Below, piece by piece: positions 63,531 through 64,000 of a stretch of 64,000 bases of DNA. How positions within the stretch are numbered: position 1 is the first letter of the stretch; every line of letters begins with the position of its first letter. Source of the DNA: a virus; IMG/VR virus record IMGVR_UViG_3300047160_015936, positions 215 through 64,214 of that record. One strand, 5' to 3'. The translations under genes and the position numbers were made by a program. A model generated the notes under the pieces. The model made no database searches. It saw nothing but the letters and a program-made list of their open reading frames with translations, and had not been told where the DNA came from.

Positions 63531-64000
63531 GCGACAAACGTTACCGCACGTGTGAGCACACGACGAAAGTTCGCTGGCGTCTCTATCGTTGTCAACGATG
63601 CGACAAGCGTAAGCGTCACGTCGCGTGTGAGGATTGTCATGGAGTCTTTTGCGAAACGTGTGGGAGACCGAACAAACGCGGGAAGAAAGAAAGACTCAGT
63701 GAAGTTGCGAAGATCGTCGCGGAGGCGAAGCATCGGTTGGGAGTGGATTGTGGGTGTGATGAGTGTCTACAGAAACGTTTCCCAGTGGCGATGGATCAGA
63801 TAATCAAAGACGCTTACGCTCTGGCGAAGCTTCGCCACTCTGCTTGGCAGAGCGCGCTTTGCGTCCCAGGCCATCGAAGCCCGCCCAGCTGGTCGAGGTA
63901 TTCGTGGACGCGAGACAAAAGCGACTTGCCCGAGGGGGAGTGGATGCGGGAAGTCGATAAAGCGCAATGGCGAGACGCCGAGACAGGACTGGCATGTCTC
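63527..64000 (+). CDS. Zn-finger paralogue fused to the N-terminus of the WWFGFDCAH-family protein; runs off the window
   Basis: 158 stop-free codons; CEH..CQRC..CEDCHGVFCETC, KHRLGV, GEWMREVDKAQW.D.ETGL.CL. Confidence 0.75.
   Translation, partial: MSDKRYRTCEHTTKVRWRLYRCQRCDKRKRHVACEDCHGVFCETCGRPNKRGKKERLSEVAKIVAEAKHRLGVDCGCDECLQKRFPVAMDQIIKDAYALAKLRHSAWQSALCVPGHRSPPSWSRYSWTRDKSDLPEGEWMREVDKAQWRDAETGLACL

Noticed and set aside
1-64000. CRISPR array, DGR/retron, integrase or repressor
   Set aside because: No regularly spaced direct repeats, no reverse transcriptase motifs and no recombinase recognised; the Cas4-like gene stands alone.
1-64000. Stop-codon reassignment
   Set aside because: Long genes are intact in the standard code, and TAA, TAG and TGA all end genes.

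Overview
The window looks like an almost complete (~64.1-64.3 kb), probably circular or circularly permuted genome of a tailed dsDNA phage with podovirus-like morphogenesis: portal, scaffold, major capsid, adaptor, nozzle and ejection proteins, but no tape measure or sheath. The host is probably Gram-negative. The last ORF and the first ORF appear to be the two ends of one gene. On the plus strand (56 kb through the end/start to 24 kb) are early genes (MoxR AAA / DUF2201-VWA module, many small Zn-finger proteins), recombination and replication genes (Cas4-like nuclease, Sak4-like ATPase, SSB-like, UDG-like, intein-containing PolA), an ECF sigma factor and nucleotide hydrolases. On the minus strand (54 to 24 kb) are packaging, head, tail and lysis genes, a tRNA-Thr and several homing endonucleases. 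Main observations: (1) a TerL intein whose endonuclease is an HNH gene on the OPPOSITE strand with its own leaderless promoter, while the intein frame stays open; (2) a portable helix-RLG[VI] tag shared by about 11 early proteins, including a six-member Zn-finger paralogue family; (3) two DNA enzymes with permuted motif order; (4) a type I hammerhead ribozyme upstream of the AAA gene; (5) a ~290-nt structured RNA, mini-ORF and basic peptide between scaffold and capsid genes; (6) tail-type proteins carrying Sec signal peptides; (7) strong GAGAC/GTCTC enrichment. All family calls come from reading motifs by eye; no database search was run.
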